Shown: positions 29,772 to 40,467, counted from the first letter of the stretch. The stretch is 64,000 bases of DNA from an uncultured Chloroflexia bacterium (GCA_963828165.1 CAWHDR010000001.1:1504001-1568000); one strand, 5' to 3'. The notes: generated by a model not told the origin, from the letters alone. A program made the numbers and translations.

Positions 29772-29819
29772 GGGCGCAGCGTACCGCGTTCGCGATGCTC
29801 TGGACCCGGCGACATCGCC

Positions 29820-31844
29820 TCAGTCGGGGTCGTCGATGACGCCGAGGGTCTGCCCGCGCGTCACCTGCTCCCCTTCGGCCACGGCCAATTCGATCAAGCG
29901 TCCGGCACGAGGCGACTCGACGGCATGCTCCATCTTCATGGCTTCCAGCGTCACGACCGGGTCATCGGCGTTGACCGCAGAGCCGACCGCCACGTGGATC
30001 TTGAGGACCTGACCGGGCATCGGGGCGACGAGCTCCGTGCGGCCACCGGCGTGGGCCGCGGCCGCGCTCGCGGCGCGATCCACGTCCGGGGGCGGGGCCA
30101 CGCGGAACGGGGTGCTGCGACCGGCGAAGTCCAGGTGGACGGTGTCGCCGGCACGCACGATCTCGGCCCTCGTCCGGGCGTTTCCCGGCGAGAGTCGAAC
30201 GCTCCTTGTCTCGTCGTCGCTGACGAGGCGGATGGCCGGGGCCGCGTTGAGTCGGAAGCCGTCCCGTACGGGTGCCGCGGTCGTGCCTGGTTGGCGGTCG
30301 TCGTCGGCCAGGAGCGCGCGCGCCGCAGCGGACCAGGCCGCGTCCGGGATCCGTGCCCGCTGCGTCCAGTCGTCCGGCGGCCAGATGCGGTCCAGCGTGT
30401 CGGTTCGGGCTTGGCCGTCGCGGACCACCGGCTCGCGGACGAGCCAGCGCAGGAACCGCAAGTTCGTCGTCAGCCCAAGGACCACGGTCCCGTCGAGCGC
30501 CCGCGTCAGGCGCTCCAAGGCATCCGCCCGGTCGTTGCCGCGCGCGATGATCTTGGCGAGCATCGGATCGAACCGGCCACCGACCTGGTCGCCCTCGTCG
30601 ACGCCGGCATCGACCCGGACGCCGTCCCCGGACGGCCATCGAAGGCGCTCGATGCGCCCGGTCGCGGGCAAGAAGCCGCGCTCGGCATCCTCCGCGTAGA
30701 GGCGGACCTCGATCGCGTGGCCTTCGAAGTGGACGTCGTCCTGCGAGATCCCCAGCGGTTCGCCCGCAGCGATGCGGAGCTGGTCGGCGACCAGGTCACG
30801 GCCGGTCGTGAGCTCGGTGACCGGGTGCTCGACCTGGAGTCTCGTGTTCATCTCGAGGAACGTGAACGTGCCCCGGTCGTCCAGCAGGAATTCGCAGGTC
30901 CCGGCGCTCTCGTAGCCGACCGCGCCCGCCAGCGCCAGTGCCGCTTCGCCCATCGCACGGCGTCGCGCGGCATCGACCGCGGGGGAGGGCGCCTCCTCGA
31001 GCACCTTCTGGTGGCGACGCTGGATCGAGCAGTCCCGTTCGCCAAGATGGACGCCATTGCCCTGGTTGTCGAAGAGGACCTGGATCTCGACGTGCCGGGC
31101 TCCTTCGAGGAGCCGCTCGAGGATGAGCCGGTCATCGTGGAAGGCGGCCCGCGCCTCGCGTCGGGCGGCGGCTAGCTCTGTCGGGAGGCGGTCGGCGGAT
31201 CGAACGGTGCGCATGCCCTTGCCGCCGCCACCGGCCGCTGGTTTGACCAGCACGGGGTAGCCGATGCGTTGGGCCGCCTTGATGAGCGCGGCGTCCGACT
31301 GGTCGTCATCGTCGTAACCGGCAGGCACGGTGATGCCGAGGCTCGCCGCGAGCTTGCGACTGGCCGCCTTGTCGCCCATGGCCCGGATGGCTTCCGGTGG
31401 TGGGCCGACCCAGCGGATTCCGGCCCCGATCACGCGCTCCGCGAAGTCGGCATTCTCGGCGAGGAAGCCGAAGCCAGGGTGGAGGGCGTCGGCGTGCACG
31501 TGTCGAGCGGCGGCGACCACGGCGTCGGCGTCCAGGAGGTCGAGCGCGTCCGGGCCGTCCGTGGGTGGGGCCACGGCGCGGATGCCGAGTCGATCGCACG
31601 TCCGGGTGATCCGGGTCGCGATCTCGCCTCGATTGGCAATGAACAGGACGCCGATCGGACCGTTGTGCGCGGTGATCGTGGGATTGCCGGGTGTCTCAAA
31701 CGCGCCAATCGCGTCAGACGCGACACGCCAACGACCGCCCACGCGCCTGGCCGGCATCGCACCACTGGCAATCCAACGTTGAACCGACCGTGTCGACGTG
31801 CCAAGGCGCCGTGCGACCTCACTCGGGCTCAGTTCGTCGCTCAT
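29820..31844 (-). CDS. 3-methylcrotonyl-CoA carboxylase alpha-like (biotin carboxylase + biotin carrier) with N-terminal excisionase-like HTH
   Basis: HTH LSPSEVARRLGTSTRSVQRWIASGAMPARRVGGRWRV. BC motifs IANRGEIA, HPGFGFLAEN, GGGGKGMR, RDCSIQRRHQK, EMNTRLQVEHPVTE. Biotin site EAMKM. Confidence 0.9.
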   Translation of the reverse strand: MSDELSPSEVARRLGTSTRSVQRWIASGAMPARRVGGRWRVASDAIGAFETPGNPTITAHNGPIGVLFIANRGEIATRITRTCDRLGIRAVAPPTDGPDALDLLDADAVVAAARHVHADALHPGFGFLAENADFAERVIGAGIRWVGPPPEAIRAMGDKAASRKLAASLGITVPAGYDDDDQSDAALIKAAQRIGYPVLVKPAAGGGGKGMRTVRSADRLPTELAAARREARAAFHDDRLILERLLEGARHVEIQVLFDNQGNGVHLGERDCSIQRRHQKVLEEAPSPAVDAARRRAMGEAALALAGAVGYESAGTCEFLLDDRGTFTFLEMNTRLQVEHPVTELTTGRDLVADQLRIAAGEPLGISQDDVHFEGHAIEVRLYAEDAERGFLPATGRIERLRWPSGDGVRVDAGVDEGDQVGGRFDPMLAKIIARGNDRADALERLTRALDGTVVLGLTTNLRFLRWLVREPVVRDGQARTDTLDRIWPPDDWTQRARIPDAAWSAAARALLADDDRQPGTTAAPVRDGFRLNAAPAIRLVSDDETRSVRLSPGNARTRAEIVRAGDTVHLDFAGRSTPFRVAPPPDVDRAASAAAAHAGGRTELVAPMPGQVLKIHVAVGSAVNADDPVVTLEAMKMEHAVESPRAGRLIELAVAEGEQVTRGQTLGVIDDPD

Positions 31845-31970
31845 CGTGTCGCGATTGTCGCAGTCGCGCCGCGCGACGGCAAGAAGTGCCGCACCAGATG
31901 ACCGCACAGTGCGATGCTACGCATCTGACGTGGGCTCGACTCGGGGTTTCGATAGGGGGAGGGACGGATC

Positions 31971-32645
31971 TTGGCTGCTGATTCCAAACGCCGGATCGTG
32001 GACTTGAGCCACGAGATCGTCCACGGGATGACCACACATCCCGGGATCCCGGTGCCGTCGATCTCGACGTTCCTGACGCACGAGGCGTCCACCGGCAGGT
32101 ACGCGCCCGGCACGACGTTCGAGATCGGTCGCATCGACCTCGTCGCGAACACCGGGACGTACATCGACATGCCGGCCCATCGATTTCCCGATGGACAGGA
32201 CCTGTCAGGCCTCGAGCTGGAGCGTGTCGTCGATGTCGATGGCGTTCTCGTCGACTGCCGTGGCGCTACGGACCGCGCCATCGGGCCGGACACGTTCCAA
32301 GGCGTCGATGTCCGAGGGCGAGCCGTCCTCGTGGCCACGGGTTGGGACGAGCATTGGGGAACCCCGGCCTACCTCAGCGACAACCCGTTCCTGACCGGTG
32401 ACGCCGCCGAATGGCTCGTGGGGGCGGGCGCGGCGCTGATCGGCATCGACTCCCTCAACGTCGACTCGCTGACCGACCCGGCCCGACCGGCCCACACCGC
32501 GATCCTTCGTGCCGGCATCCCGCTGGTGGAGCACCTGACCGGCGTCGGTGAACTTCCGCCCACGGGCTGGCGCTTCTTCGCCGTGCCTCCGCGGATCGTC
32601 GGGATGGCGACGTTCCCGGTGCGTGCCTTCGCGATCGTCGGCTGA
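31971..32645 (+). CDS. cyclase family (kynurenine formamidase-like) protein
   Basis: IVDLSH, NTGTYIDMPAH, IGIDSLNVD, HTAIL, VEHL, FPVRAFA. Confidence 0.85.
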   Translation: MAADSKRRIVDLSHEIVHGMTTHPGIPVPSISTFLTHEASTGRYAPGTTFEIGRIDLVANTGTYIDMPAHRFPDGQDLSGLELERVVDVDGVLVDCRGATDRAIGPDTFQGVDVRGRAVLVATGWDEHWGTPAYLSDNPFLTGDAAEWLVGAGAALIGIDSLNVDSLTDPARPAHTAILRAGIPLVEHLTGVGELPPTGWRFFAVPPRIVGMATFPVRAFAIVG

Positions 32646-32709
32646 GGCTGCCGCGCGAGCCGGCATCCCGACGACGAAGCCGCGCATCGCGCATCAGCTG
32701 AGGGCACGC

Positions 32710-33520
32710 CTAGCCTTCCGTGTCTGGCGCCCATCCGGGTTTGCGTTTCTCATCGAACGCCGCGAAACCCTCGCGCGCCTCCGCGCTCACGCGCTGGCGG
32801 GCGATGACGCGCGCGGTGTGCCACTTGGATGAGCCGTGACCCAGGCCGCGCACCTCACGGACGATCGCCTTGGCGGCGCGGGCCGCAGTCGGTCCGGCGG
32901 CCAGCACATCGGCCACCGCAGCCTCCACCGCGGCGTCGAGCGCATCCTCGCCTTCGACGATCTCGTGGACCAGCCCGATCCGCTGAGCCCGCACCGCGTC
33001 GAACCGGCGCCCGCCAGGAAAGAGCGCTCGAGCGTGCGACTCCCCGATCTTCGCGATCACGAACGGTGCGATGACCGCCGGCAGGATCCCGAGGCGCGTC
33101 TCGGTGAACCCGAACCGGGCACCGCTCTCGGCCACCACCAGATCGCCGACGGCGCACAGGCCCATCCCGCCCCCGAGCGCGGCACCCTGCACGCGGACGA
33201 TCAGCGGAACCGGCAGGGTGTCGATGGTCTCGAACATGTCGGCCATCGCCATGGCGTCCTGCTCATTACCCTCGACATCAAGCGCCATCGCCGCCCGCAT
33301 CCAGGCGATGTCGGCGCCGGCACAGAACGAGGACCCATCTCCGGCGAGGATCACGGCCCGCAGGCTCGCGCGGCTCCTCGCGGGCGAGCATCGCAAACGT
33401 CGTCCGCAGCTCGGCGATGACGGATGCGTCGAAGGCGTTGTGCACCTCCGGGCGTGCGAGTGTGACCCGGGCCACGGCGTCCGCGGGGCCGCTGCGCTCG
33501 AGCCGAATGGCGGGACTCAC
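32710..33520 (-). CDS. enoyl-CoA hydratase (methylglutaconyl-CoA hydratase-like), one frameshift near 33371
   Basis: N-terminal VARVTLARPEVHNAFD lies in ORF 33278..33862, while LRAVILAGDGSSFCAGADI...ALGGGMGL...FTETRLGILP lies in ORF 32710..33396. TACGAT-N6-GTG start at 33520. Confidence 0.82.
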
Positions 33521-33603
33521 CGCAACATCGTACCGGCGCGCGTAGGCACCGGCGGACCCGGCGCCGACTTTCGAACGGAGCCACGCCGGTCTACCCTGCC
33601 GCC

Positions 33604-34146
33604 ATGGGCCCATCGAATCCGTGGTCGCCGAACTGGCAGCCGGACCCGAGCGGGGGTCGGCTCCTGAGGATTCGCGCCTCACGGCGCGGGGCGTACCTGG
33701 CGGCTGGGATCTACCTGCCGATCGCCACGGTGGCGGCCGTATTCGCCGCCACTCCGCTCGCGACTCTCTGGGCGGAAGTGACGGCGCCGATCGCCATGGT
33801 CGCCGTCCTCTCCGGCGTCGCCGGCGTCGCGCTGCTGGGAGCCGGCCTCGCACCCGCGGCACTCGGGTCGAAGATCGACGCCGCCGTGGTCGGAGTCGCC
33901 ATCGCGATCGGCTGTCCGGTGGCGGCTACCGCGTCGTTCGTGATCTGGGGCTGGGTGATCGATTCCTGGTCCGGCGAGGTTGATGTCGCGGCCTCGTTCC
34001 TACGGGCGGGCGTGACCGCGGCGACGCAGGTGGCGCCGCTGGTCGCCGTGGGCGCCGCGGCCTGGGTCGTGATCCTTCGCCGAGTCAGCGCGCCGCTGCC
34101 GCTCCCGCCACCGTCGACTCCGCCGCCGGCCACTCCAGGACTCTGA
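33604..34146 (+). CDS. hypothetical 4-TM membrane protein
   Basis: Four hydrophobic segments. TACCCT-N6-ATG upstream. Confidence 0.65.
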   Translation: MGPSNPWSPNWQPDPSGGRLLRIRASRRGAYLAAGIYLPIATVAAVFAATPLATLWAEVTAPIAMVAVLSGVAGVALLGAGLAPAALGSKIDAAVVGVAIAIGCPVAATASFVIWGWVIDSWSGEVDVAASFLRAGVTAATQVAPLVAVGAAAWVVILRRVSAPLPLPPPSTPPPATPGL

Positions 34147-34894
34147 CCTCGTCCCCCAGGCGCATCCGGCCGGGCTGTTCGACGTCCGCCAGCACCCCGA
34201 AGTCCGCGTGCTTGCCGTCGCGCAGACCGCGGTAGCTGATGATCGTGCGCAACGTGTCGAGGTCACGCTCGCCCGTATCCGGGTCCTGCGTCGTGATCGC
34301 GCAGCGCGCGTCGGGCATGGTCACCCGCAGCACCGCGTCGCCGATGGCGATCCGGCCGCCGATCCAGGTGTCCTCCTCGTGCGCCCGTGCGCCTTCGAGA
34401 TCGATGAGCATCCGGAAACGACGCGGGTCGACCTCGTCAATGCCGGCGTTCGCGGCCAGCTCCCGCAGTGATCCGTCCGAGATGATGCTGGTCGGATTGC
34501 CGGCCCGCGTGCCGCCGGGTCGATCGCAGCGGACGAGGATGATCGGCCGGCCCGCGATGGGCGCCAGGGCGTCGGCCCACGGCCCGATGACCACGTGCCC
34601 GACTCCGGTCCGTCCGTGGATGTGGGTCTCGACGGGATCGCCGAGCTTGACGTCGTCCTCGATGACACTCCCATCCGGGAAGGTCATCCGCAGGGTCGTC
34701 GCGTCGGGATCGGTGTGGGCCGAGACGACGACCAGCCGTCCGACGACGATGCGGTCGACGAGCCGGTTCGACTCGTCCGTCAGGTAGAAGCGACGATCCT
34801 CGGCGACCCCGTGCTCGGTCACGTCGATCTCGGCCGGGTGCTCCAGCCCGAGGCTGCGAACGGGTGCGATCGAAAAGCGGGCGATGCTGGGCAT
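34085..34894 (-). CDS. MOSC domain protein
   Basis: IAPVRSL, GVAEDRRF, DPRRFRMLI, EEDTW, RCAITTQDPDTGERD, FGVLADVEQPGRMRLGD. Confidence 0.9.
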   Translation of the reverse strand: MPSIARFSIAPVRSLGLEHPAEIDVTEHGVAEDRRFYLTDESNRLVDRIVVGRLVVVSAHTDPDATTLRMTFPDGSVIEDDVKLGDPVETHIHGRTGVGHVVIGPWADALAPIAGRPIILVRCDRPGGTRAGNPTSIISDGSLRELAANAGIDEVDPRRFRMLIDLEGARAHEEDTWIGGRIAIGDAVLRVTMPDARCAITTQDPDTGERDLDTLRTIISYRGLRDGKHADFGVLADVEQPGRMRLGDEVRVLEWPAAESTVAGAAAAR

Positions 34895-35005
34895 GCGCGG
34901 ATGCTACCGGACGACGTCGTTCGGGATCGAGGACGTCGCGCCCGGTTCGAACCTACACTCCGGACTCCCGCTCTGGTACTCGAGCTCAAGGAGTCACGGC
35001 CACGC

Positions 35006-36544
35006 ATGCCCGATCGCGCTGAACGCCGCCTTCCGCCGATCTCGCAATACCCGGTGCATCCGTTCCTGTTCGCGGCGTACGCGGTCTTGTTCCTCTATTC
35101 CGAGAACCTGGCGGCCGTGCTTCTGGTGGACGTGGGCGACCCACTCACGGTCGCGATCGTCCAGGCGATCGTGTTCTATGCCGGTGCGACGATCCTTCTG
35201 CGCAGTGCTCGGCGGGGAGCGGTGGTCGCGTCCGCCATCCTGATCGCCTGGTACGGCTTCGGCCATGCCGCCCCCGGGCTCGCTGATTCCGGGCTGGATG
35301 AACGCCGACAGCTCGCCCTGTGGCTGTTCGCCGTCGCCGGCGCCGTAGCCTATGCCGTACTCGCGCGCCGTTCCCTGCCGACGATCACGGCGCTCCTGAA
35401 CATCTTCGCGGCGGTCCTGGTGACATTCACGCTCGTCTCCATCGTCCCCTACGAGATCTCACGCGGGGCGCGACCCGTGGCAGCCGTCGAGGCCGGGCTC
35501 ACGGGAACGGGTGTTCCCCCGCCGACGCGTGACGTCTACTACCTCGTCTTCGATCGCTACGGGTCGGCGAACTCCCTTGCGACGGCGTTCGGGATCACGG
35601 ACAACGACCTCCCCGGCTGGCTGGAGACGCGCGGCTTCCAGGTCGTGGCGGACAGCCACGCGAACTACCGTGCGACGGACTTCTCGCTCGCGGCGACCCT
35701 CAACATGACCTACCTGGATCACCTGACGGAGTCGATCGGGCGGGTTTCAGACGACCGGACGCCAGCCCAGTCGATGCTGCAGGGCCACCGGGTCGGGAAG
35801 GAGTTCCAGGCGCTGGGATATCGCTACGTGCATCTCGGCTCGTGGTTCGGACCCACCGTGACCAATGCCGAAGCCGACGAGAACATCACATCCGGGGTCA
35901 CCAGCGAGTTCGAGTCCGTCCTCCGCGATACCACCATCCTTCCCGCCATCGAGCGTGTCCGCGGCGACAAGACAGCGACCCGGACGTTCTTCGAGCGCCA
36001 CGGCGACCTGGCGCTCTTCCAGTTGCGGCAGGTGGCGCGCCTGGCTTCCGCACCGGGACCCAAGTTCGTCTTTGCGCACATCCTCCTGCCGCACGATCCC
36101 TACGTCTTCCGCGCGGATGGCACGCGGTACACCGAGGATGAGGTCCGCGACATGGAGGAGGCGGGCCTCTACGACGGCCAGTTGCGCTTCCTGAACGGGC
36201 AGATCAAGGAGGTCGTCGAAACGTTGACCGCCGGGGGAGACGACACGGATCCGATCATCATCATCCAGGGCGACGAGGGCCCACTGGCCTGTCGGAGCGT
36301 CGATTGCGTCGGGGACGACCCACGCTACTTCGCCCTCCGCTTCGGGAACCTGAACGCGATGTACCTTCCCGGCTCGGACGCCGTCGTGCCGCAGGACATC
36401 ACGTCCGTGAACACCTTCAGGTTCCTGTTCGGGTCTGTGTTCGGACAGGACGTCGAGCTGCTTCCGAACCGCAGCTACACGTGGCCGGACAACGACCACA
36501 TCTACGACTTCCGCGACATCACCGATGAGATCCCGCCGGGCTAG
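35006..36544 (+). CDS. membrane-anchored alkaline phosphatase/sulfatase-superfamily protein (LtaS-like architecture)
   Basis: Five N-terminal TMs, DVYYLVFDRYG, NYRATDFSLAATL, FVFAHILLPHDPY, IIIIQGDEG. Confidence 0.75.
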   Translation: MPDRAERRLPPISQYPVHPFLFAAYAVLFLYSENLAAVLLVDVGDPLTVAIVQAIVFYAGATILLRSARRGAVVASAILIAWYGFGHAAPGLADSGLDERRQLALWLFAVAGAVAYAVLARRSLPTITALLNIFAAVLVTFTLVSIVPYEISRGARPVAAVEAGLTGTGVPPPTRDVYYLVFDRYGSANSLATAFGITDNDLPGWLETRGFQVVADSHANYRATDFSLAATLNMTYLDHLTESIGRVSDDRTPAQSMLQGHRVGKEFQALGYRYVHLGSWFGPTVTNAEADENITSGVTSEFESVLRDTTILPAIERVRGDKTATRTFFERHGDLALFQLRQVARLASAPGPKFVFAHILLPHDPYVFRADGTRYTEDEVRDMEEAGLYDGQLRFLNGQIKEVVETLTAGGDDTDPIIIIQGDEGPLACRSVDCVGDDPRYFALRFGNLNAMYLPGSDAVVPQDITSVNTFRFLFGSVFGQDVELLPNRSYTWPDNDHIYDFRDITDEIPPG

Positions 36545-36556
36545 CGGCCACGGCGG

Positions 36557-37165
36557 TCAGCGCAAACCGACACTCTCCAGCTCGGCTTTGGCCAGCTCCT
36601 GGTATCGGCCGGCCGCGAAGTCGCCGAACGGATCGGACGTGTGTTCGAGCAGCTCCGGGTACGACAGGCGGTAGAGGGCGCGGGTCGCCAGCGCCCGTTC
36701 CATCGCGACTTCGGTCATGTCCCCGCGCCGGATCGCCTTGTGCGCCGCCCGGACATTCGCCAGGCGCGCCGCCCGCCACGGGAGGTAGCGGCTCAACCAC
36801 GGGACCACCATGACGCCGACCACCAGCAGGGCCAGGAGCCGCGCGATCAGGATGAGCAGCGTCTCGAGTTCCTGCCCGACGTAGATCAACGGCTCGCCCG
36901 CCGTGCCGAAGGCGCCGGTCGTGAGGTCGCCGATTCCCGGGCCGACCAGGGGGACATCGGCGAACGCGTCCCCCAGGGCGGCGCCCGCACCCTGGATGTT
37001 GGTGCCGCCGGCCTGGAGCACGCGGCCGGCTTCCGCGAACGACGAGATCACATCGTGGACCTTGGCGCCGAGGACGACCCAGAACGAAACCCAGATCCAC
37101 GTCGCCACGTCCGCGACCATCTCGCGCACACGAGCCGCTGGGACCTCGCTCCATAACTTCAGCAT
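36557..37165 (-). CDS. conserved membrane protein
   Basis: Two TM segments flanking an amphipathic helical region; YLPWR motif. Confidence 0.7.
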   Translation of the reverse strand: MLKLWSEVPAARVREMVADVATWIWVSFWVVLGAKVHDVISSFAEAGRVLQAGGTNIQGAGAALGDAFADVPLVGPGIGDLTTGAFGTAGEPLIYVGQELETLLILIARLLALLVVGVMVVPWLSRYLPWRAARLANVRAAHKAIRRGDMTEVAMERALATRALYRLSYPELLEHTSDPFGDFAAGRYQELAKAELESVGLR

Positions 37166-37184
37166 CGTGGCCTCCTGGCGTGAT

Positions 37185-38792
37185 CTACATCCGGAAGACG
37201 CCGAACCTCGTCTCGGGGATCGGAGCGTGGAGGGACGCCTCGAGTCCCAGCGCGAGGACGCGCCGCGTGTCGAGCGGATCGATGACCCCGTCGTCCCACA
37301 GCCGGGCCGTCGCGAAATACGGCGACCCCTCGCGTTCGTACGTCTCGAGGATCGGCGCCTCGAAGGCGTCGCGTTCCGCGTCGTTCTCGAACTCGCCGCG
37401 GACCGTGGACAGGACGCGGGCGGCCTGCTGGCCGCCCATCACCGAGATCCGGGCGTTCGGCCAGGTCCACAGGAATCGCGGCTGGTAGGCGCGGCCCGCC
37501 ATCGCGTAGTTCCCTGCCCCGAAGCTGCCGCCGATGAGCACGGTGAACTTGGGGACCTCGGCGTTGGCGACGGCCATGACGAGCTTCGCCCCGTCCTTGG
37601 CGATGCCGGCCTCCTCGTACTCGCGCCCGACCATGAAGCCCGTGATGTTCTGGAGGAAGACGAGCGGGATGCGCCGCTGACAGGCGAGCTCGATGAAATG
37701 GGCGCCCTTGAGTGCCGACTGGCTGAACAGGATGCCGTCGTTCGCGATGATGCCCACGGGGTACCCATCGATGTGGGCGAAGCCGGTGACCAGGGTCTCG
37801 CCGTAAAGCGGCTTGAACTCGTGGAACCGCGACCCGTCGATCAGGCGGGCGAGGATCTCGCGCACGGGCACGGGTCGACGGGGGTCCGCCGACACCGCGC
37901 TGTAGATGCCGGCCGCGCCGGCAGGGTCGACGGCCGGGGACTCCGGAGTGCGCCGATCCCACGGCGGGGGAGGTGGCTTGCGGTTGAGGTTCGCGACGAT
38001 CGATCGGCCGAGGGCGAGCGCGTGCTCGTCGTCGAGCGCCTCGTGGTCCGCGACACCGGACTTGCGGGTGTGGACCTCGGCGCCACCGAGGTCCTCTGCA
38101 GAGACATCCTCGCCGGTCGCGGCCTTCACGAGCGGTGGGCCGCCCAGGAAGATCGTGCCCGTGCCCTTGACGATGACGGTCTCGTCGCTCATCGCCGGGA
38201 CGTAGGCGCCACCGGCCGTGCAACTGCCCATGACGAGCGCGACCTGGGGGATCGCGGCGGCCGACATGCGGGCCTGGTTGTAGAAGATCCGCCCGAAATG
38301 GTCGCGGTCCGGGAACACGTCGGCCTGGAGCGGGAGGAACGCGCCGCCGCTGTCGACGAGATAGATGCAGGGCAGCTGGTTCTCGAGGGCGACCTCCTGC
38401 GCACGCAGGTGCTTCTTGACGGTCATCGGGTAGTACGTGCCGCCCTTGACGGTCGCATCGTTCGCGACGATCACGCAGGTCGTGCCCTCCACGCGGCCGA
38501 TGCCCGTGACGATCCCGGCGCCCGGGGCGTCGTCGTCGTAGAGGCCGGTGGCGGCCAATGGGCTCAATTCCAGGAACGGGCTGCCCGGGTCCAGGAGGCG
38601 ATCGATCCGTTCGCGGACCGGGAGCTTGCCGCGTTCGCGGTGGCGCTCGATCGACCGGTCGTCGCCCCCGGCACCGCGGCCCGCGACCGCCTCTTGCCGT
38701 TCCCGCAGGTCGTCGACGAGGGCGGACATCGCGTCGTGGTTCGCGCGCGTCTCGGCGGCGGCGGGATCGAGCCGGCTGCGCAGGACGGGCAT
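37185..38792 (-). CDS. 3-methylcrotonyl-CoA carboxylase beta (carboxyl transferase)
   Basis: [68 protein letters not shown]. Start at 38792 follows TATCAT-N6. Confidence 0.93.
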   Translation of the reverse strand: MPVLRSRLDPAAAETRANHDAMSALVDDLRERQEAVAGRGAGGDDRSIERHRERGKLPVRERIDRLLDPGSPFLELSPLAATGLYDDDAPGAGIVTGIGRVEGTTCVIVANDATVKGGTYYPMTVKKHLRAQEVALENQLPCIYLVDSGGAFLPLQADVFPDRDHFGRIFYNQARMSAAAIPQVALVMGSCTAGGAYVPAMSDETVIVKGTGTIFLGGPPLVKAATGEDVSAEDLGGAEVHTRKSGVADHEALDDEHALALGRSIVANLNRKPPPPPWDRRTPESPAVDPAGAAGIYSAVSADPRRPVPVREILARLIDGSRFHEFKPLYGETLVTGFAHIDGYPVGIIANDGILFSQSALKGAHFIELACQRRIPLVFLQNITGFMVGREYEEAGIAKDGAKLVMAVANAEVPKFTVLIGGSFGAGNYAMAGRAYQPRFLWTWPNARISVMGGQQAARVLSTVRGEFENDAERDAFEAPILETYEREGSPYFATARLWDDGVIDPLDTRRVLALGLEASLHAPIPETRFGVFRM

Positions 38793-38871
38793 GCGCGGAT
38801 GATAGGTCGGGCCTGCACCGGGGATGGCGTCCTCGAGCGTGCCGGTCATCAGTTGTACGCCAGTACGTGAT

Positions 38872-39018
38872 GTGCGCGTGGTGCACGTATCGGCGAACAA
38901 GTCCATGCGAAACGGCGTTCGATGCCCGATTGTGCGTGGGATGCACCATCCGGCGACTGAGACAGCCGGATCGAGGCCGCATATGGCCCTCGATCGTCGA
39001 TGGGTCCGTGGGGCGCAC
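38872..39018. repeat. three 15-bp imperfect palindromes GT(G/C)CG(C/T)-N3-(A/G)(C/T)GCAC
   Basis: GTGCGCGTGGTGCAC 38872, GTGCGTGGGATGCAC 38932, GTCCGTGGGGCGCAC 39004. Confidence 0.5.
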
Positions 39019-39122
39019 GTCCACGGGCCAAGGGGCGCGGGCCGATCGCTGGAATGGTCGTGTGGCGAACCGACCACGTTGTGCCTCGGGAACTCGAAGA
39101 CGGCCTGCGCCGTCCCCCGGCC

Positions 39123-39590
39123 ATGCCGAAGAACATCCGACTTCTGGTGGTCCTCGCCGTCCTTGCCGCGATCGTGACGGCTTGTCAGTCCATCCCGGCG
39201 GTGGCCTCGCTGGTTCCCGACGCAGGCCCGCTGGTCGCGGTCACCGTTCGCGGCGGCGAATGCCCCGAGGGTGCATGCGGCGCAACGACCGTCATCGAGC
39301 GCAACGGCCGCGTCCACCAGACGGCGCCCGTGGCGGCGGAGCTCGGGGCACTCGCCCCGAACGTCCTCACCGCGCTCGACGCCGCCGTGAAGACGACCGA
39401 CTTCGACGCCCTCCGTGCGCGGAAGTTCACCGGGGAATGCCCCATGGCCTACGACGGCCAGGAGTTCATCTACGAATTCGGGGCGCCCGGCGGCATGGAA
39501 CGGATCGCGACCTGCGAGACCGAGGTGGACCCGAACGACCCGCTGTTCGTAGCGGTGACGGCAGCCCTGGCCGCGGTCGAGCCTCGCTAG
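39123..39590 (+). CDS. putative lipoprotein
   Basis: [21 protein letters not shown] lipobox. Cys pairs GGECPEGAC and GECPMAYDG. Confidence 0.75.
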   Translation: MPKNIRLLVVLAVLAAIVTACQSIPAVASLVPDAGPLVAVTVRGGECPEGACGATTVIERNGRVHQTAPVAAELGALAPNVLTALDAAVKTTDFDALRARKFTGECPMAYDGQEFIYEFGAPGGMERIATCETEVDPNDPLFVAVTAALAAVEPR

Positions 39591-39610
39591 CTGAGCTGAA
39601 CGGCGCCGGC

Positions 39611-39961
39611 CTACGTCGGCGCCCGATTTCTCGACACCCCGAGCGCCGTGAGAATCACTCCCACGGCCAGCATCGCCCCCGAGGCCGCGAGCCACGGCGT
39701 GATGTCCGGTCCGCTGCACCCAGGACCGCAGCGCGCGTCCGCCGTTCCGATGACGAACAGCCAGCAGGCTCCGAGCCCCGTCAAGACGCCGCCGAGCGCG
39801 AGCGCCCGGCCCGGCCGAACGCTGAGGAGCCCTGCGGCGACCAGGCCCAGGAGCCCCAGCATCGTCCCGCCGACCAGCGTCGCCAACCCGAAGATCAGGC
39901 CGATGACGAGGCCGGTGAACCACCGTCCACGGAATTCCTTCGATTCGCCGGCCCATGTCAT
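39611..39961 (-). CDS. small membrane protein
   Basis: Hydrophobic. ATGA-coupled to the upstream gene. Confidence 0.6.
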   Translation of the reverse strand: MTWAGESKEFRGRWFTGLVIGLIFGLATLVGGTMLGLLGLVAAGLLSVRPGRALALGGVLTGLGACWLFVIGTADARCGPGCSGPDITPWLAASGAMLAVGVILTALGVSRNRAPT

Positions 39962-40467
39962 CGCGCGAGCCAATGTGCTCGATGGCCCACCGGTGGAGCG
40001 AGAGCAACAACGATCGTAGCGAGCACCATGCCGATGCCCACGATCTGCCGGGGTCGATCGATCGAGCCGAACGGGTCGCATCCCGATGACGGGAGGAACC
40101 ATGTCGCCGTGCCCAAGATCGAGACGGCGATGCCGCGAAGCAACTCGTTTCCGGACGGCAGCGGCCCACGCCCCAACCCGGTGATCGCGAGGAATCCGGC
40201 AAAGGCGACGACAGGCCAGCCGGTCATGATGGCTGGCAACATGCACAACGCTCCAGCGGCTCCCACGACCGGAACCGACCCGCGCACGGCCCCGACGACC
40301 GCGATCGCGGCCGGCATCAGGAACAGCGGGAAGAGCAGCGTGCTGCGGCCTCGATCATTCGGGTCGATCGGCGCGCTCAGGACAAGAAAGACGGCGTGGC
40401 CCGCTGAGATTGCCGCCAGGAGCAGGATCACGCTTCGAACCGCGCCGACTTGTCGTGCTACTCTCAT
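39958..40467 (-). CDS. hypothetical multi-pass membrane protein
   Basis: Several TM segments. TAACTT-N5-ATG upstream. Confidence 0.55.
   Translation of the reverse strand: MRVARQVGAVRSVILLLAAISAGHAVFLVLSAPIDPNDRGRSTLLFPLFLMPAAIAVVGAVRGSVPVVGAAGALCMLPAIMTGWPVVAFAGFLAITGLGRGPLPSGNELLRGIAVSILGTATWFLPSSGCDPFGSIDRPRQIVGIGMVLATIVVALAPPVGHRAHWLAR

Noticed and set aside
31690-31844. Excisionase-like HTH as a prophage/ICE remnant
   Set aside because: No integrase, att-like repeats or phage genes. It is fused in frame to a metabolic enzyme and is reported as a fusion instead.
38793-40202. Apparent 470-aa N-terminal extension of the carboxyl transferase (1005-aa ORF)
   Set aside because: It overlaps other credible genes, and a -10 box sits 6 nt before the family-typical start at 38792.
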